From Vicugna vicugna (Eukaryota), in NCBI GenBank assembly GCA_013265495.1, contig MU058009.1:2358001-2422000 (forward strand): DNA of 64,000 nucleotides, read 5' to 3'. The first letter of the stretch is position 1. Each line of letters opens with the position of its first letter. The position numbers and the translations under genes are program-made. The notes beneath the pieces are model-generated. The model ran no database searches, had not been told where the DNA came from, and saw nothing but the letters and a program-made list of their open reading frames with translations. Positions 1 to 11,866 of this stretch are shown here, piece after piece.

Positions 1-399
1 CAATCATTCACCTTCTGTTTGTCTGTCTGTTCTCTTCCAGTTTCAGACCAGATCTTTCACATTGTGTATCTAGCTGTCTGCATTTCACTGAGGTCCCCTC
101 CATCACTGCACGCCGTGGGCACGGTTAAAGCAGCAGCCCCTGAGCTAAGCAGTCCTTGAGTGTCTTCGCGTGAACAGAGAACACAACGGGGCTCTGTCTC
201 TCCTTCCCGGGGAATCCAGGTGCGATCTTTCCTGACAGTCCGGAGGAACCAGGCGGGCAAGCCACCCAGGGAGGGGGAGCCGCTGCTAGCTGATTAATAG
301 CTGTTAGCCCAATAGTACCACCCCTCAAGTCTTGTAGCAAAAATTCATGACCCATATTAGGCCTGACTGAGAATGTGTCTGGTCAGTCAGCCAAACGAG

Positions 400-800
400 A
401 GACACTGAGAGCGACTTGGTGCCCAGCACCGAGCTGGAAACCATGGGGTGAAAAAGGGAAATCCCTTTGCCATGGTCCCTGCCCTTACGGAGGTCAGTCT
501 GTTGGGATAAGACAGGTGAAAGTGAACGAACGAGAGAATGATAACAGGCAGCCGTACAGTGCAGGGTTAGAGCTTAACGCACAGAATGTAAGCGCTGGAG
601 TACAGAGTAAAAGGCGATGGAGGAAGGCTTGAGGGAGAAGAAAAGGCTCGTGCAGGAAGAGGTCTGTCAGCTGGGCCCTGACGGGTGTGTAGGAGTCGCA
701 TGGGGGGCAGCATTCCAAGTTGGAGAAGCTCTGAGAGAAATCCAGGGGGTAGAAGGGCTGTTTATAGCGCACAGGCGAAAGCGGCAAGTCTGGAGCAGAG
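400..800 (-). mobile_element. L2 LINE fragment (old)
   Basis: Purine-rich 'gaggaaggcttgaggg...gaagaggtctgtcagctgggccctgacgggtgtgtaggag...gcattccaag' resembles the antisense L2 3' region. Confidence 0.55.
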
Positions 801-999
801 AAGGTGCATCCTAATTCCCAAACTTACCCTGCTTTGCAAGAACCAGGAGAATGAATTTCTACTAATTAACGCTAGTTGAAGGTGGTCTGGTTTGTCCTAT
901 CTTGCCTCCCACGTTAGCTATACACGAACTTTATCAAGTAACTTAATCCCTCTGAGAGTCGCTCTCCTCCCGTGAAATGAGGATGGCAATACACGTCCA

Positions 1000-2250
1000 A
1001 CACAGTCACTGTGGGAAGTCTCTCTGCGTGAGGAGAGTCCGAGGAACCGGCGCTGACAGACAGGCGACGTGGGAAATTCTCCCAGGTGCCGGGTCCGTGG
1101 CTCCCCGCTCAGGTTCACCTGAGTTCTCTTTGTCCAGCTGCAGACACTGATCCACGGGGGTGCCTGAGAAGCCTGCCTCTCCCCACCCACACCCCCTACC
1201 CCAAAAGCACGACTGCCCCGATCGCCTGGGGACAGAACGGATACCCTCCACATGGGCCGGGCCCTTCGGAGCCGGGCTTTCTGAACCGAGCCAGGGGTCC
1301 TGACCAGGGACGGGGACTCCCCTGCTGCCTAGCCACTCTCGTCTCTCTCCTCGGCAGGACAGGGAGGTGAGAACGGCCTAAGGGCAACTGCTCAGAAGTA
1401 CTGACTGGCCCAGGGAAACCAAGCTGGCGGGGAGGGAGCCGCCCCAGATCCGAGCGCAGCTGAGAGAGGCGCTCCAGCAAGAACCGAGCCTGTTTGGGGG
1501 CAGAGGCGGCGGCGGCTCCGCGGGAACGCGCAGACCGCCGCCTGAAACGCCATGGAAGAGGCGCTAACCCACAGCCCCGAGGGCCGGGCCCTCGGCCTGG
1601 TTTCAGGGCCCTGAGCCCAAGTTTCGGCCACAGACCCAGGGCCGAGGCTGTTCCCAAAGTGCTTGATCATTGTTCCCCCGCCTGGCCCAGCCCCGCGCTC
1701 TGCGCACCTGCCCGCTCCTCCCATCCGGCCGCCCGGACGGAATCGCCGAGAAGGGAGCCGGCAGCCCGGCGAGGCCCCTGCGGTCCGGGGACGCTGCCCC
1801 GCCTGCCCGCGTTCCCCCCGGGCGGACCCGCGCGGCTGTGCGGGCGGAGGGGGGCCCGCGCCGGCCTCCTGCCTTCCTCCCCCGCCAGGGAGCGCCCCCC
1901 GCACCTGCGCGCCCGGCAGGGCGTGCGCGTGAGCGCGTATATGACCCCGTCTGCGTACGTGTGTGTGCGCGTGAGCACGAGAGGGGGCTGTGCGCACGTG
2001 TGCGTGCGTGAGCGCGTATCCGAGCCCGAGGCCGTGTGTGCGTGAGCACCAGAGGGGGCTGCGAGGCGGCGGGCGGGGCGCGCGAGTGCGTGTGAACAGA
2101 ACCCGGAAGGGGACGCCCTAACAGGGGCCCCTAGGCCTCCTAAGATGGCCTGAAGCGGCCGGATAGAAGCCCCTAGAATGGCGGCTCCTTGAGGGAGGAT
2201 TTGCGTGCGGTTGTTCGCTGCGATCTCCCCAGTGCACAGCAGCGTTCCTG
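1000..2250. promoter_or_regulatory. CpG island / probable promoter
   Basis: Very GC- and CpG-dense over >1 kb. GC boxes (gggcgggg ~2071), ETS-like CCGGAAG (2103-2109), E-box CACGTG (1995-2000), NRF1-like GCGTGCGC. Gene and direction not identified. Confidence 0.8.
1921..2061. repeat. Imperfect two-unit tandem duplication inside the CpG island
   Basis: GCGTGAGCGCGTAT at 1927-1940 and 2006-2019; GCGTGAGCAC(G/C)AGAGGGGGCTG at 1969-1990 and 2040-2061. Confidence 0.85.
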
Positions 2251-4149
2251 GTACTTAGAAGGTGCTTAGGGAATAGTTGCTGAGTTAATGACCGGATCCC
2301 GGGGCTGGCGGAAGGGCATTCTGGAACTGGTGTAGCGTGGGGAACAAAGCGGCATCTCACCAGCTTGGCTCTTCTTGGTACCAGTCCTGGCTCTCCCTCC
2401 AAGGCCAAGCCTTCTCCACATCCAGGTGGTACCAAGTTTTCTTCCCTGCTCCCAGTCTTACACCTTCTCCCCTTGACCGCTCTGTTTCCCCGTCTCCTGC
2501 CTGCTGACCCACAGCTGTAAGATGGAGGGGAAGACAGGAAAGCGGAGGATCAGGGCTCTGCCTGGAGCGCGCTGCCAAGGTGCCACCCCCCCACTTCTGG
2601 AAGCAAACGCTGTGATGGGGTGAGACTGAGCACTGTTCCTCAGCTCCTCTGTTGGGGTAGTTAGACCCTGAGCTTCACTTTCCCCACTTTAAAATAGTAG
2701 CTGTTACACCTGCTTCATGGGGTTGTTGTGAAGAGTCAGGGAGGTAGTGGAAGAAAAAACTCCGGTACACGCCACGTGGTGGGTCCTCTGGAAAAGTTAG
2801 TTTCTTTTCCTGAGGAGCAGGCAACATTCTGGGAGTGCCCCAAGTGTGGCTGAGGACTGGTTGTGATTTGGTAATCACTACCAGAACACCCCTCTTGTTT
2901 TCACAAGATTCCTTGAGGAGAATTTAATGGTAGCTGAAAACTGAGGCAACTTTCATTTCTAAAATATTCAGAAGTTAATATGCTATGAGTCATGTGTTCT
3001 GCTGGGGCCTCCTCGCACTCAGCAGGAAGGTTTTCCAAGTAATTAAACAACCCCGTTGTGATCAACCTGAAGTGCCCCAGCTCTGGCCTCTCCACTCAGG
3101 GACCTTCCTCTGCCCACGCCAGCTGCCTCCACGGATGCCTGGAGGAGATTAGCGGACTCCTCCTTCAGCTGTAGAGGGAGACACTCTGTGAAAACCTGAT
3201 CCTACAGTAACATTTCTCATCACTAAAGAGAGGATCAAATTTCACCCTTCTCAGCCTGCTTTGAGGACCCACCAGAAATAACAACCTTCATGGGGTTAAT
3301 TAGGAAATTACCCTCTTACAAATTGGTAGATGTCTCCTTTCTTTTCCTTGGGATAAGACGAGAAGGGTACTGTTTCTCTTTTTCCGCGGTGAAGCTGCTG
3401 CGATTAAGCACGCCACGCGGGTAATTGTTCACGTATGGGGAAGCCGATAGCCTGCCGTTCCAGGCTGTGCCTGCCAGCGCTCTCCAGAATAGCACGTTAC
3501 AGCCTCTACAGCCCTTCCTGATGGAAGGAAAACTTCAATCATATTCAGTTAAAAGAGCTCTTTAAACGGGCCTGGCAATGCCCTGGAGGTGGAGAATTAA
3601 ACCAAGGTTAAGAAAAGGTTTCCTAGAACTGGCTAGACATTCATTTGGTTTAGAGGGCTTGGATGCATTCAGTCCGAGCCTGATCAGCCCTGCCTGTTTC
3701 TGGGCTTGTGGAAAGCGGTGCAAGTATTCCACAGAGGACCCCAGAAGTCCCTAAAGGCCCCAGGAAAGATTTTTGATAGTGAGGAGAAATCCCTAACAGA
3801 ATGTCTCTAACCCCTGACCTGTTTTAATTTAGAAACCTTCTAAAATGTTATCAGAAATGAGAACAGAACTCAAAGGTAAAAATGGAATTAACTTCAGCCT
3901 CCTTTTGCCACTCATATATTCTGTCTCTCTCTCTCTCACACGCACACATGTACACACACACACAGCAACCACTCAACAGGCTGGACAAGCCTCTTGGATT
4001 CATTAAGAGTCTTACAGGGTGTGGGTGCTACCGGAAGTGCTAACAGGTGTGTCTGTGTGTGTGCATGTGCAGATCTTCAGCACTTCTGCTTCGCATTTAC
4101 TGTATCCCAAGAGCTCATGCACACATTCTCTCGCCAGAAGAAACGCTGC

Positions 4150-4270
4150 CTGGCAGGTTTCAATAACCCCAGTTTCACCGAGGAGGAAACTGAGACTAAG
4201 CTCAGGGAGGTGAAGTGACTTGGGTAATATCATGCCGTCAGGGTATGGCACAGTCTGGGTTTGAACTCAC
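4150..4270 (-). mobile_element. MIR SINE
   Basis: MIR core 'gaggaggaaactgag...agggaggtgaagtgacttg...gggtttgaactc'. Confidence 0.7.
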
Positions 4271-4284
4271 CGTCCCTTCTAGGT

Positions 4285-4428
4285 CATCTTCGGTACCCGA
4301 GAGCTTATTAGAGACACCAGTCCTCAGGCCCTCCCTGGACCTGCCCCATCTGGGGGAAGGGCCCAGCAATCTGTGTTAACAAGCCCTCCAGGTAATGCTG
4401 GTGCTCCCTCCAGTTTGAGACCCACTGC
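4285..4428. mobile_element. MER5A-like hAT-Charlie MITE
   Basis: 'ggcccagcaatctgtgttaacaagccctccaggtaatgctgg...agtttgagacccactg' matches the MER5A end as recalled. Confidence 0.7.
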
Positions 4429-4579
4429 CTTATAGCCTCGGAGAGGCCACCCAGACACCTCTCCACGACTAAGTGACCCCAGGCGGTCCCTCACAGTCTA
4501 ACTACTCCCATCTAACTCTCACTGTGCCCTCAACACTTTTCAGATACTTTTGATTCCATGTTCCTGTTATTCTGAATGA

Positions 4580-4895
4580 CATTTCTTCTCTTCTCTGCCT
4601 GACAAGCTCCTGCTAATCATTCAATGCCTTATTCAAAGACCTCCCCCCTCAAGATTCCACCTGTCTTCTCCAGCAGCTCCACGTACCCCGTCCTGCCCCC
4701 AACCCCTCGCGCCTGGACAGACCTCAGCAGCACCGTCACGCTGTATTCCTCAGGCTCTCTGCATTTCCCTTCGAGTGGACTGCGACAGATCAGGGGCTCA
4801 GCCTTATTTCTCTTGGTATCCCCCGTACCTAGCGCGATGCCAGAAATACAGGGGGTGCTTCATAATAAAGTATTAAATTAACAAATAAGTGAATG
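4580..4895 (+). mobile_element. L2 3' end
   Basis: 'gtatcccccgtacctagcgcgatgccag...cttcataataaagtattaaattaacaaataagtgaatg'. Confidence 0.65.
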
Positions 4896-5532
4896 CACGA
4901 ACCCAAGCGTACTGAGTAATAGAGACAGGTGACTGTGGGCACACAGCTGGGTGCAGAGCCTGGTCTGACCCCCAGGCATCCTGACACCCAGCCCAGGGTA
5001 GTAATTGTTTCATCTGTTTCACCTTGACTCCAGGCTTTAGGTAACGTAGTTGTTAAACAAGAGAGTCATTTTTGGCTACTTTGTGACAGATAATTATGCC
5101 AAACACACAGAACAGTTAAAATTCTTCCCTTTAGGCTGTAGAGCCATGACCTGATGAGGTCACAGCCTCCAGTCAGTTATCTCTGCGTCTCTCTGTGTTT
5201 GTATTTATACACGGCACCGACCTCACAGTGCTATCTAGACCAACTATTAAACAATTTATAATGCCCAGGAACCAATTTGTGGCAGCCAGCAATTAGCTCC
5301 ATTCATGTTTTAAATTTTCCCCCTTTGAAGTTTAATAGACGGTTATTATGATGTAGTCTTCGCCGCTTCCAAGTCTGCAGGCTGCCCGCAGCCTGACTCT
5401 GCCGCTGGAGAAGAGGACCCTAGAGGGAAGTGGCACGGAACCTAGAGCGGAGCTTTGGGTTCTGAGTCTGCTGCTTTGCCTGGGTCTTCTTCCTCCGTGA
5501 AGAGTCAGGATGACGAAGGATAAGGAACATAC

Positions 5533-5800
5533 CCATTCATTCATTCATTCATTCATTCATGAAACTCACATTTAGTGAGCCTTACTACCTGTTAGACGCT
5601 GGGGATACCGGGGAGCAAGACGCAGCACCTACCTTGACAGAGCTCCTAGCCTAGTGGCGGAAGCCAGGGTGGTGCATAGGAATTCAGGAACTACTGTGAT
5701 GGATGTGCTGATACAGGAGGCACAGGGAGGGAAGGACACCTGCGTGGAAAGCTCGAGCGTGAGCAGCACTCAGCCGGCTGAGATGGAGCGGAGCCTGGGG
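5533..5800 (-). mobile_element. L2 3' end with (CATT)n tail
   Basis: (CATT)n followed by 'catttagtgagccttactacctgttagacgctggggatacc'. Confidence 0.7.
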
Positions 5801-6716
5801 GTGAGAGAGAGGAAGGCACCCCCCAACAGCCGGAAGTGGTCCCTGTGCCTGGACTCAGGCTAGACATTGGTCTGCGTCTTGGGTGGGACGCCCTGAAATC
5901 CAGGTGGGAGGCAGAGAGGCCCAGGCTGCGAAGGATGGAGAGCAGTTACAGTCTGGTGTGAGCACAGGAGGGGACAGTAGGGAACAAAATTTCTCAGCAG
6001 TGCCTGCCTTGTGGGTGATAGGCGCAGCCAAAAGTTCGCCCAATATGTGCTTTGAATCAAGGAGAAACTATTTCTTCAAGCCGTTTGTGGCTTTGAGGAC
6101 TAAGGAGGTTGCAGAAGACGGAGTTGCGAATAAAGGATCAGGTTCATCATGATTGTCAACCTTTCCCTTCCTCAAGGCTCTTTCCCCAGAGCCTATAAAA
6201 CATACTCAAAAGTCTCCTTCATCCTTGAAAAAAGAAATTTGACCTAACTTAAATATAAGCCTCCCCTCACCCTGTGATAGTTCCAAACTCTTCCTTTATC
6301 ACTTCCCTTCCTTTGATAACCAAGTCCCCTCTCCAGAAAAATGCGCACTCACTCTCTCCTTTCATTCACTTTCCATCCACAGCTGCCAGACTTGTGTCTC
6401 TGCACCCAAAGAACCACTATGATAAAGGTGACCGATGGCCTTCAATGGCCGTATCCAGTGGACTCACTCATTTATTCAGTCAACAAGACTTTGTTTGCAT
6501 CTCCTTGGAACCCGGCGCTGCTCCAGGCCCGCAGATACAGTGATGGACAGGCTTTCCCAGAGTTCTGGTTTCAGGGGCTCTTTTTAGTTCTCAGGTCTCT
6601 GTAGCATTTGCCACCGTTGAGCTTTGTCATCTGGAAACACTCTCTTGATTTCCATGACCAGGCTCCTGTGATTCTCCTTTTTTAAATTATTCCCTCTCAG
6701 TCTCCTTTGCATCCTA

Positions 6717-6806
6717 TTTATTTTTTTAATAGAGGTACCAGGGACTGAACCCAGGACCTCGTGCACACCGAGCATGCGCTCTATCACTGAGCTGTACCCT
6801 CCCCCT
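6717..6806 (-). mobile_element. Camelid tRNA-Ala-derived SINE (vic-1-like)
   Basis: Reverse complement reads GGGGGAGGGTACAGCTCAGTGATAGAGCGCATGCTCGGTGTGCACGAGGTCCTGGGTTCAGTCCCTGGTACCTC plus A tail. TSD TCAGTCTCCT at 6697-6706 and 6807-6816. Confidence 0.85.
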
Positions 6807-7290
6807 TCAGTCTCCTGTGTGCGTTCCTCTTTCTACCTGGTCACTAAAGCCTACCTTTAGGTAGGTTGTGTTCTCGTCTCTAGACTTATCCTCCAAGACG
6901 TTATCTTTTCCTGTTGTTTTAGTTTCCAAATACGTATCTCATCCGTACAGTCAGCTCTCTCCAGGCATCTCCCTGTGGACAGCACCTCAGGGTCCCCCTA
7001 CCCAAAGCTGAACTCTAGGTGCTGTGTTCCCATGCCCTCCTTCTCCCAAGTTTCCCACCACGGGAATCCTGCAATGCAGTCATGGACGCTGAGGGTCATC
7101 CTGGACTCACAACTTTTCTTATCCAGCCTCTGTCCCAGTTCAGGGCCCTCATCTTCTCTCCTGGAACACTGCCATCGTCTCCTTGCCTCCAGGCTGCCCC
7201 CATCCGGCTCACCGTGCATGCTGCTGTCAGAGTGGTCTTCCCAAATTGCATATTTGACCATGTTCCTCCCCAGGATTTTCCATTCTCTAG

Positions 7291-8427
7291 CAGCAGTTCT
7301 TAGTAAGAGACCCCAAGAAGCTTTCAGGAGGTCTACAAGGTCAAAACTATGTTCATTGCAATAGTAAGACGTCATTTACCTTTTTCATCATGTTGATATT
7401 TGCACTGATGGGGCAAAAGTACACGGAAAGCCATTCTGCTATGTACCAACTTATGACGGTTGTTTCAGAGAAAAGCGCTGGTGAGATCATTTGAGTTGCA
7501 AGCTAAACTAGCCTCCCCACCTCACTTAACACCATTTTTATATGAAAGCAGGACTGATGAACAAGCTGTTGTATTTGGCACATGTTCTTAAAAATTAATG
7601 AAGTGAGCTTGTCACTTTTAAGAAAAATATCTGACAGTTTGTGACCAATGAAAAAAATTGGATCTTTCAAGCAAACATTAGAATTTTGGAAAACCTCCAT
7701 CTGCCACTGTGAGCATGACAGCTTCCCAATACTTAATGACTTTTCTGATGAGATTAATGGTGATGTTAACAAATATATGGGGTTTGTCTTGGATCTTGTG
7801 TAATGAGATGTGTCAACATTCAGAAGAATTACATAACTCAGTGAGTCAATATTTTCCAAATGGCCAGTGGTTGATGTTACAAACCATGCATAAGTGAAAA
7901 AAGACCTATTCAAGTGCAGGATGGACCAGTGGGTTTTAATGTAACAATTTATAATGTTCACTAATATGGCTTCAGATTCTGCATTGCAACTGACCTTTAA
8001 GAAACTGCCACGTATCAAATTGCAGTGTGGTGTCAAAGAATATTCATAATTCTCTAAAAAGGCTATTAAAATATTTCTTTCTTTTCCAACTACACATCTG
8101 TGTGAAGCAAGATTTTCTTCATATACTTGACCAAAGCAACATATTGTAAAAACTTGGACACACATATGAGAATCCAGCTATCTTTTACTAAAGCAGACAT
8201 TTCTTACAACTTTTTTGTCTTAGACGATACAAATGTGTTATTCATGCTAATATGTAATGGGTTTATTATTTTTTAATGATTAACAAAATATTAAACATTC
8301 TTCATTTCAGTGTTCAATATAATAAATATCAACATGTATAATTCACATCAACACAAAATCCTTTGAATCTTCAATAATTTTGAAAAGTGTAGAGGAGTCT
8401 TAGAGCCAAAAAGTTTGAGAATTGCTA
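7291..8427 (+). mobile_element. Charlie1-like hAT DNA transposon (deleted derivative)
   Basis: Ends CAGCAGTTCT...GAGAATTGCTA. The + frame at 8059-8127 reads KAIKIFLSFPTTHLCEARFSSYT, the hAT C-terminal dimerisation motif (PFxTTYLCExGFS); stops lie nearby. Confidence 0.85.
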
Positions 8428-8610
8428 ATCTACAGGATTAAGGTCCCATATTTTTCTAGGTATTTTTATTCCTAAGGTTTATTTTAATTCTACACATTAA
8501 TTTGATTCTTAATGTTCAAGGTTAAAATATTGATGACTGATGAATGACAGAAGCTTGGAAAAAGATACGAGAAAATTTAAATCTCCAAAATTAAGAAATG
8601 TTCATTCTTA

Positions 8611-8720
8611 TAGCTGAAAAATTGTGCTCTACACTGAAATTTGATACAACATTGTAAAATGATTATAAATCAATAAAGTCTTAATAAATAATAAATATAT
8701 AAAATACAACATTAAAAAAA
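8611..8720 (+). mobile_element. Young, 5'-truncated L1 3' end
   Basis: 'gaaaaattgtgctctacactgaaatttgatacaacattgtaaaatgattataaatcaataaa' plus A-rich tail. 18-bp TSD AAGAAATGTTCAT(T/C)CTTA at 8593-8610 and 8721-8738. Confidence 0.85.
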
Positions 8721-8769
8721 AAGAAATGTTCATCCTTAAAATAAATGATGATTTGCCTTACTTATTAAA

Positions 8770-9940
8770 AAAAAGTTTGCTTTTGACATAGTATGATTAA
8801 CCCTTTTTTTCTTTTGTGTTGTTTGTGCTTTGGTGTCACATCCATGAAATTATTGCTAAATCAATTTCACGAAGGTTTTCCTCTGTTTTCTTTTAAGAGT
8901 TTTGTAGTTTTAACTCCTACGTTTAGGTCTTTGATCCATTTTTGGCTCATTTTCATTTATGATGTAGGAAGGTCCCAACTTCTTTGCACAACATCTTAGG
9001 TATCACTGTCTGGCCCCCACTCTCAGTACTGTGCTGTCACCAACAAGCCGTCACCTCCCTCTCTTTCCTGCCGCGGCTACACTCCCACAGTCCCCATGTG
9101 CCAGGCTGTCTCCCTCTGCCTGGTCCGCCCTCTTTTTATTTTGATTGTCTTGTCTTCCTTCTGACTTTCGAATACCTATTCAGCCTTCAAAACACACTCC
9201 TGCCATCTTCTTCAATGAGTGCCCCCGACCCCAACTCCAGCAGGAAGACGTGATCACCCCCTCCTTTGGGTCCCATAGGAACTCCTACTGGGGCACCTGT
9301 AACACTTCAGTGCTGGTTCTCCAATCTAACCTCCAAGCCTTACCCTGGTAAAACCGTGGACAGTTCCCTGACGTGAGGCAAATGGATTGTTTCTAGTTTT
9401 TTTCTCTTCCTAACAATGCCTCTGTGTTACATGCTGTACATGTCTCCTTGGGCACTTAGGCAAGTGGCTCCCAAGAGGAGATCCCCAGAAGGGGGTGACT
9501 ACGTCACAGGGTTTGGGCATCTTCACCTTCACCTTTGCTGAGTTGTTCTCCAAATGGGTTGAACCAATATATGCCACCACCAGTAATGAATAAAACCTTC
9601 TGATTTCCAAAAGAGAATTCTTAGCAACATTTAACATAATCAGACTAAATTTTTTAAACCGATGGCTTGAAATAAAATTTCATTGTTACTTTAATTTTCA
9701 CTTTCCTAATTGCTTTATGACATGAGACATGATAACATTTTATAAATACTCCAGAATGTTTGAAAGAATGTTCTCTAATTGTTGGGAACCAAGTTCTTTT
9801 GTTTAGGTCAAACTCATTACCCACACTGTTCTAAACTTTCCAACATGATTATAGATTTCTGAATTTTTCCTCATAGTTCTGTACATTTTTGCTCTCTCTA
9901 CATGTATTTAAGGCTATGCAGCTGCGTGCTGTTGGCATTT
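8770..9940 (-). mobile_element. Old L1M fragments (discontinuous)
   Basis: 'ttttcttttaagagttttgtagttttaactcctacgtttaggtctttgatccattt' and 'ttctccaaatgggttgaaccaatatatgccaccaccag' are antisense L1 ORF2/3' sequence. Confidence 0.65.
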
Positions 9941-10669
9941 CTGAAGAGGCTCCAATAAATAAAATTTCAGGAAGAAAAGCAGGATGGCGGGGGCGGGGTG
10001 AGATGGTTGGAACAAGGAGAGTTTAAGGAGCCCGAGTCATTGGCTGAGAGCGTCCCCCGGTATCTGGGGCTCAGCAAAGGGGTCTGACCTGGAGATGGAG
10101 GTTCAAGACTCAGCAGCAGAGAGCTGGGAGTCAGACCTACGGGCAAGTCAGTATTTGCTTCCGACTGTTCCGGACCTGCTGAACACATCTCAAACACAGC
10201 AGAAGGGGGTGGGCGTTTGGGAGCAATAGGGGATAATTATTTTACTGCTTTACCAACTGTACACAGTATCTTAGTCATTTTGGCAAACAGAACAGCTGGT
10301 TATGGTTTTTAGTTTCTGGAAGTTTCGAGATTACAGATGTATGTACTTCAAAAAATGAGACAGAAATGCCTTTTGGTTTCACTTTAGTTAAAATTGAAAT
10401 TTCAGCGAGGGAGAGAAATCTTCTTTACTCCTTCCTTTTCCTTTAATTGCAACATTTTAAAATATAGAGGAAAAGCTAATGAAAATAAATTCAGTCAACT
10501 AGGGAATAATGTAGATTAGATTAAGAGACAAAGGAAGCCCAGAAGAAAAATGTGTCCTCATATAAAGTGGAGAGCGTGTGTGCGTGAGGACCTCATTCTC
10601 ATTATTTTTTAAAAATTGAGTATCTATGACGGTGTTCTTATTTGCGTGCTACAGGGCTTAGAGTTCAAC

Positions 10670-11330
10670 AAAGGCTCTGAGTTAGACAAACTGAGGTCTC
10701 AATCCTGCTTCAGAGCTACGTGACCTCAGGTGAGCTGTGTAATCCCGCTGAGCTTCAGTTTCCGCATATGCCAAGTGAGTCATCCTTGACTTCTCCCTTT
10801 CTTTAACCTCTTACCAGTCATCTCCTAAACGTTTCTTGTCTCTGCTACATCTCTCCGTCCCCACTGCCAGGACCCAAGTCCAGGCTGCAGACATCTCCTG
10901 TGTGGACCCTCACCACAGCCTCCTAGTTGGTCTCCCTACATTTAATCTTGCTCTCTTGAAATCCATTCTCAATCCTACAGCCAGAGTGATCATCTGAAAT
11001 CCGAAACTGTACAATTAAAAACTCTGTAGTATCTCTCCATTGCTCTCAGTGTTTACCACCTCCCTCCACACCCACCAATGGGGCGCCTATCAAAACGCTC
11101 TCTGAGCCCCCTCTGGCTTCTGAGTCTTTGTACAAATTGAAGACAGCCTGTCTCCTCCACGCCATGCACTTTGACTACCTAACCCACTTTGATCCTTCAA
11201 GTCTCAGTCTGGAGGCCACTTTCCCAGGAAGTCTCTCTCCCCCTCATCCCCCGATTCTGGACTAGATTCCCCTTACAGGTGTTCCTATAACACAATATAA
11301 TTCCCTCATCCATTCTGCATTGTTCTTCCT
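10670..11330 (+). mobile_element. MIR followed by L2 fragments
   Basis: 'ctgagcttcagtttccgcatatg' (MIR core); 'ccattctcaatcctacagccagagtgatcatctgaaat' (L2). Confidence 0.65.
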
Positions 11331-11363
11331 AATCTTGTATTAAATTTTTAAACAATTACTTAT

Positions 11364-11866
11364 TGTATTAATCAAGGGTTTATCAGGAACTTAGAAGCCA
11401 CTCTGTATACTCCGAGCGCTAAGAGTTTTAAGATGGGAAAGGAAGACTTATGCAACCACTGGGGAAGCAAAGGTCAAGAAAGCCATCGCTGCTGCTCTCA
11501 GCCTGCAGCACTGAAGCCTGTGATCCCAAAGAGCTCACCTGGGAAACTACACAACTTACGAATCTCTGAGATGCTTCCACCAACCATCTCAGCCTGCAGC
11601 ACAACATAGGTGACTCTCAAAAAGTCTACCGCTGTTGGAACCTTGCATTTCTCTCTCTATCTGCCTCCATCTGCCTCTGGAGACTAATGGCCCCTCCTTC
11701 TCTTCCCACTTCCTCATGTAAGTGCCTTTCATTGGATGATCTCTCCTGGAACCACGCAGAGAAGGGGTTCCAGGAAATGCAGCTACTGGCTTCTCTTTCT
11801 ACAAAGCAGGGAGACATCAGTAGGGGATGCCAGAGATGTCCGGGTGACAGCCCACAGTTCAGCACA
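11364..11866 (-). mobile_element. ERVL/MaLR-type solo LTR (old MLT-like)
   Basis: TG...CA ends ('tgtattaatcaaggg' ... 'ttcagcaca'); 'gaaggggttccaggaaatgcagc' is typical of old MLT LTRs. Confidence 0.55.

Noticed and set aside
1..160. Plus-strand acceptor-like tract (ttctcttccag at 30-40)
   Set aside because: All three downstream frames stop within about 40 codons with no recognisable product; upstream context is outside the window
1196..2049. Overlapping 100-200 aa ORFs on both strands
   Set aside because: Pro/Arg/Gly/Ala-rich products expected from stop-poor GC-rich CpG-island DNA; no recognisable domain
7503..8165. 220-aa minus-strand ORF
   Set aside because: Antisense to the decayed Charlie hAT transposase; not a gene
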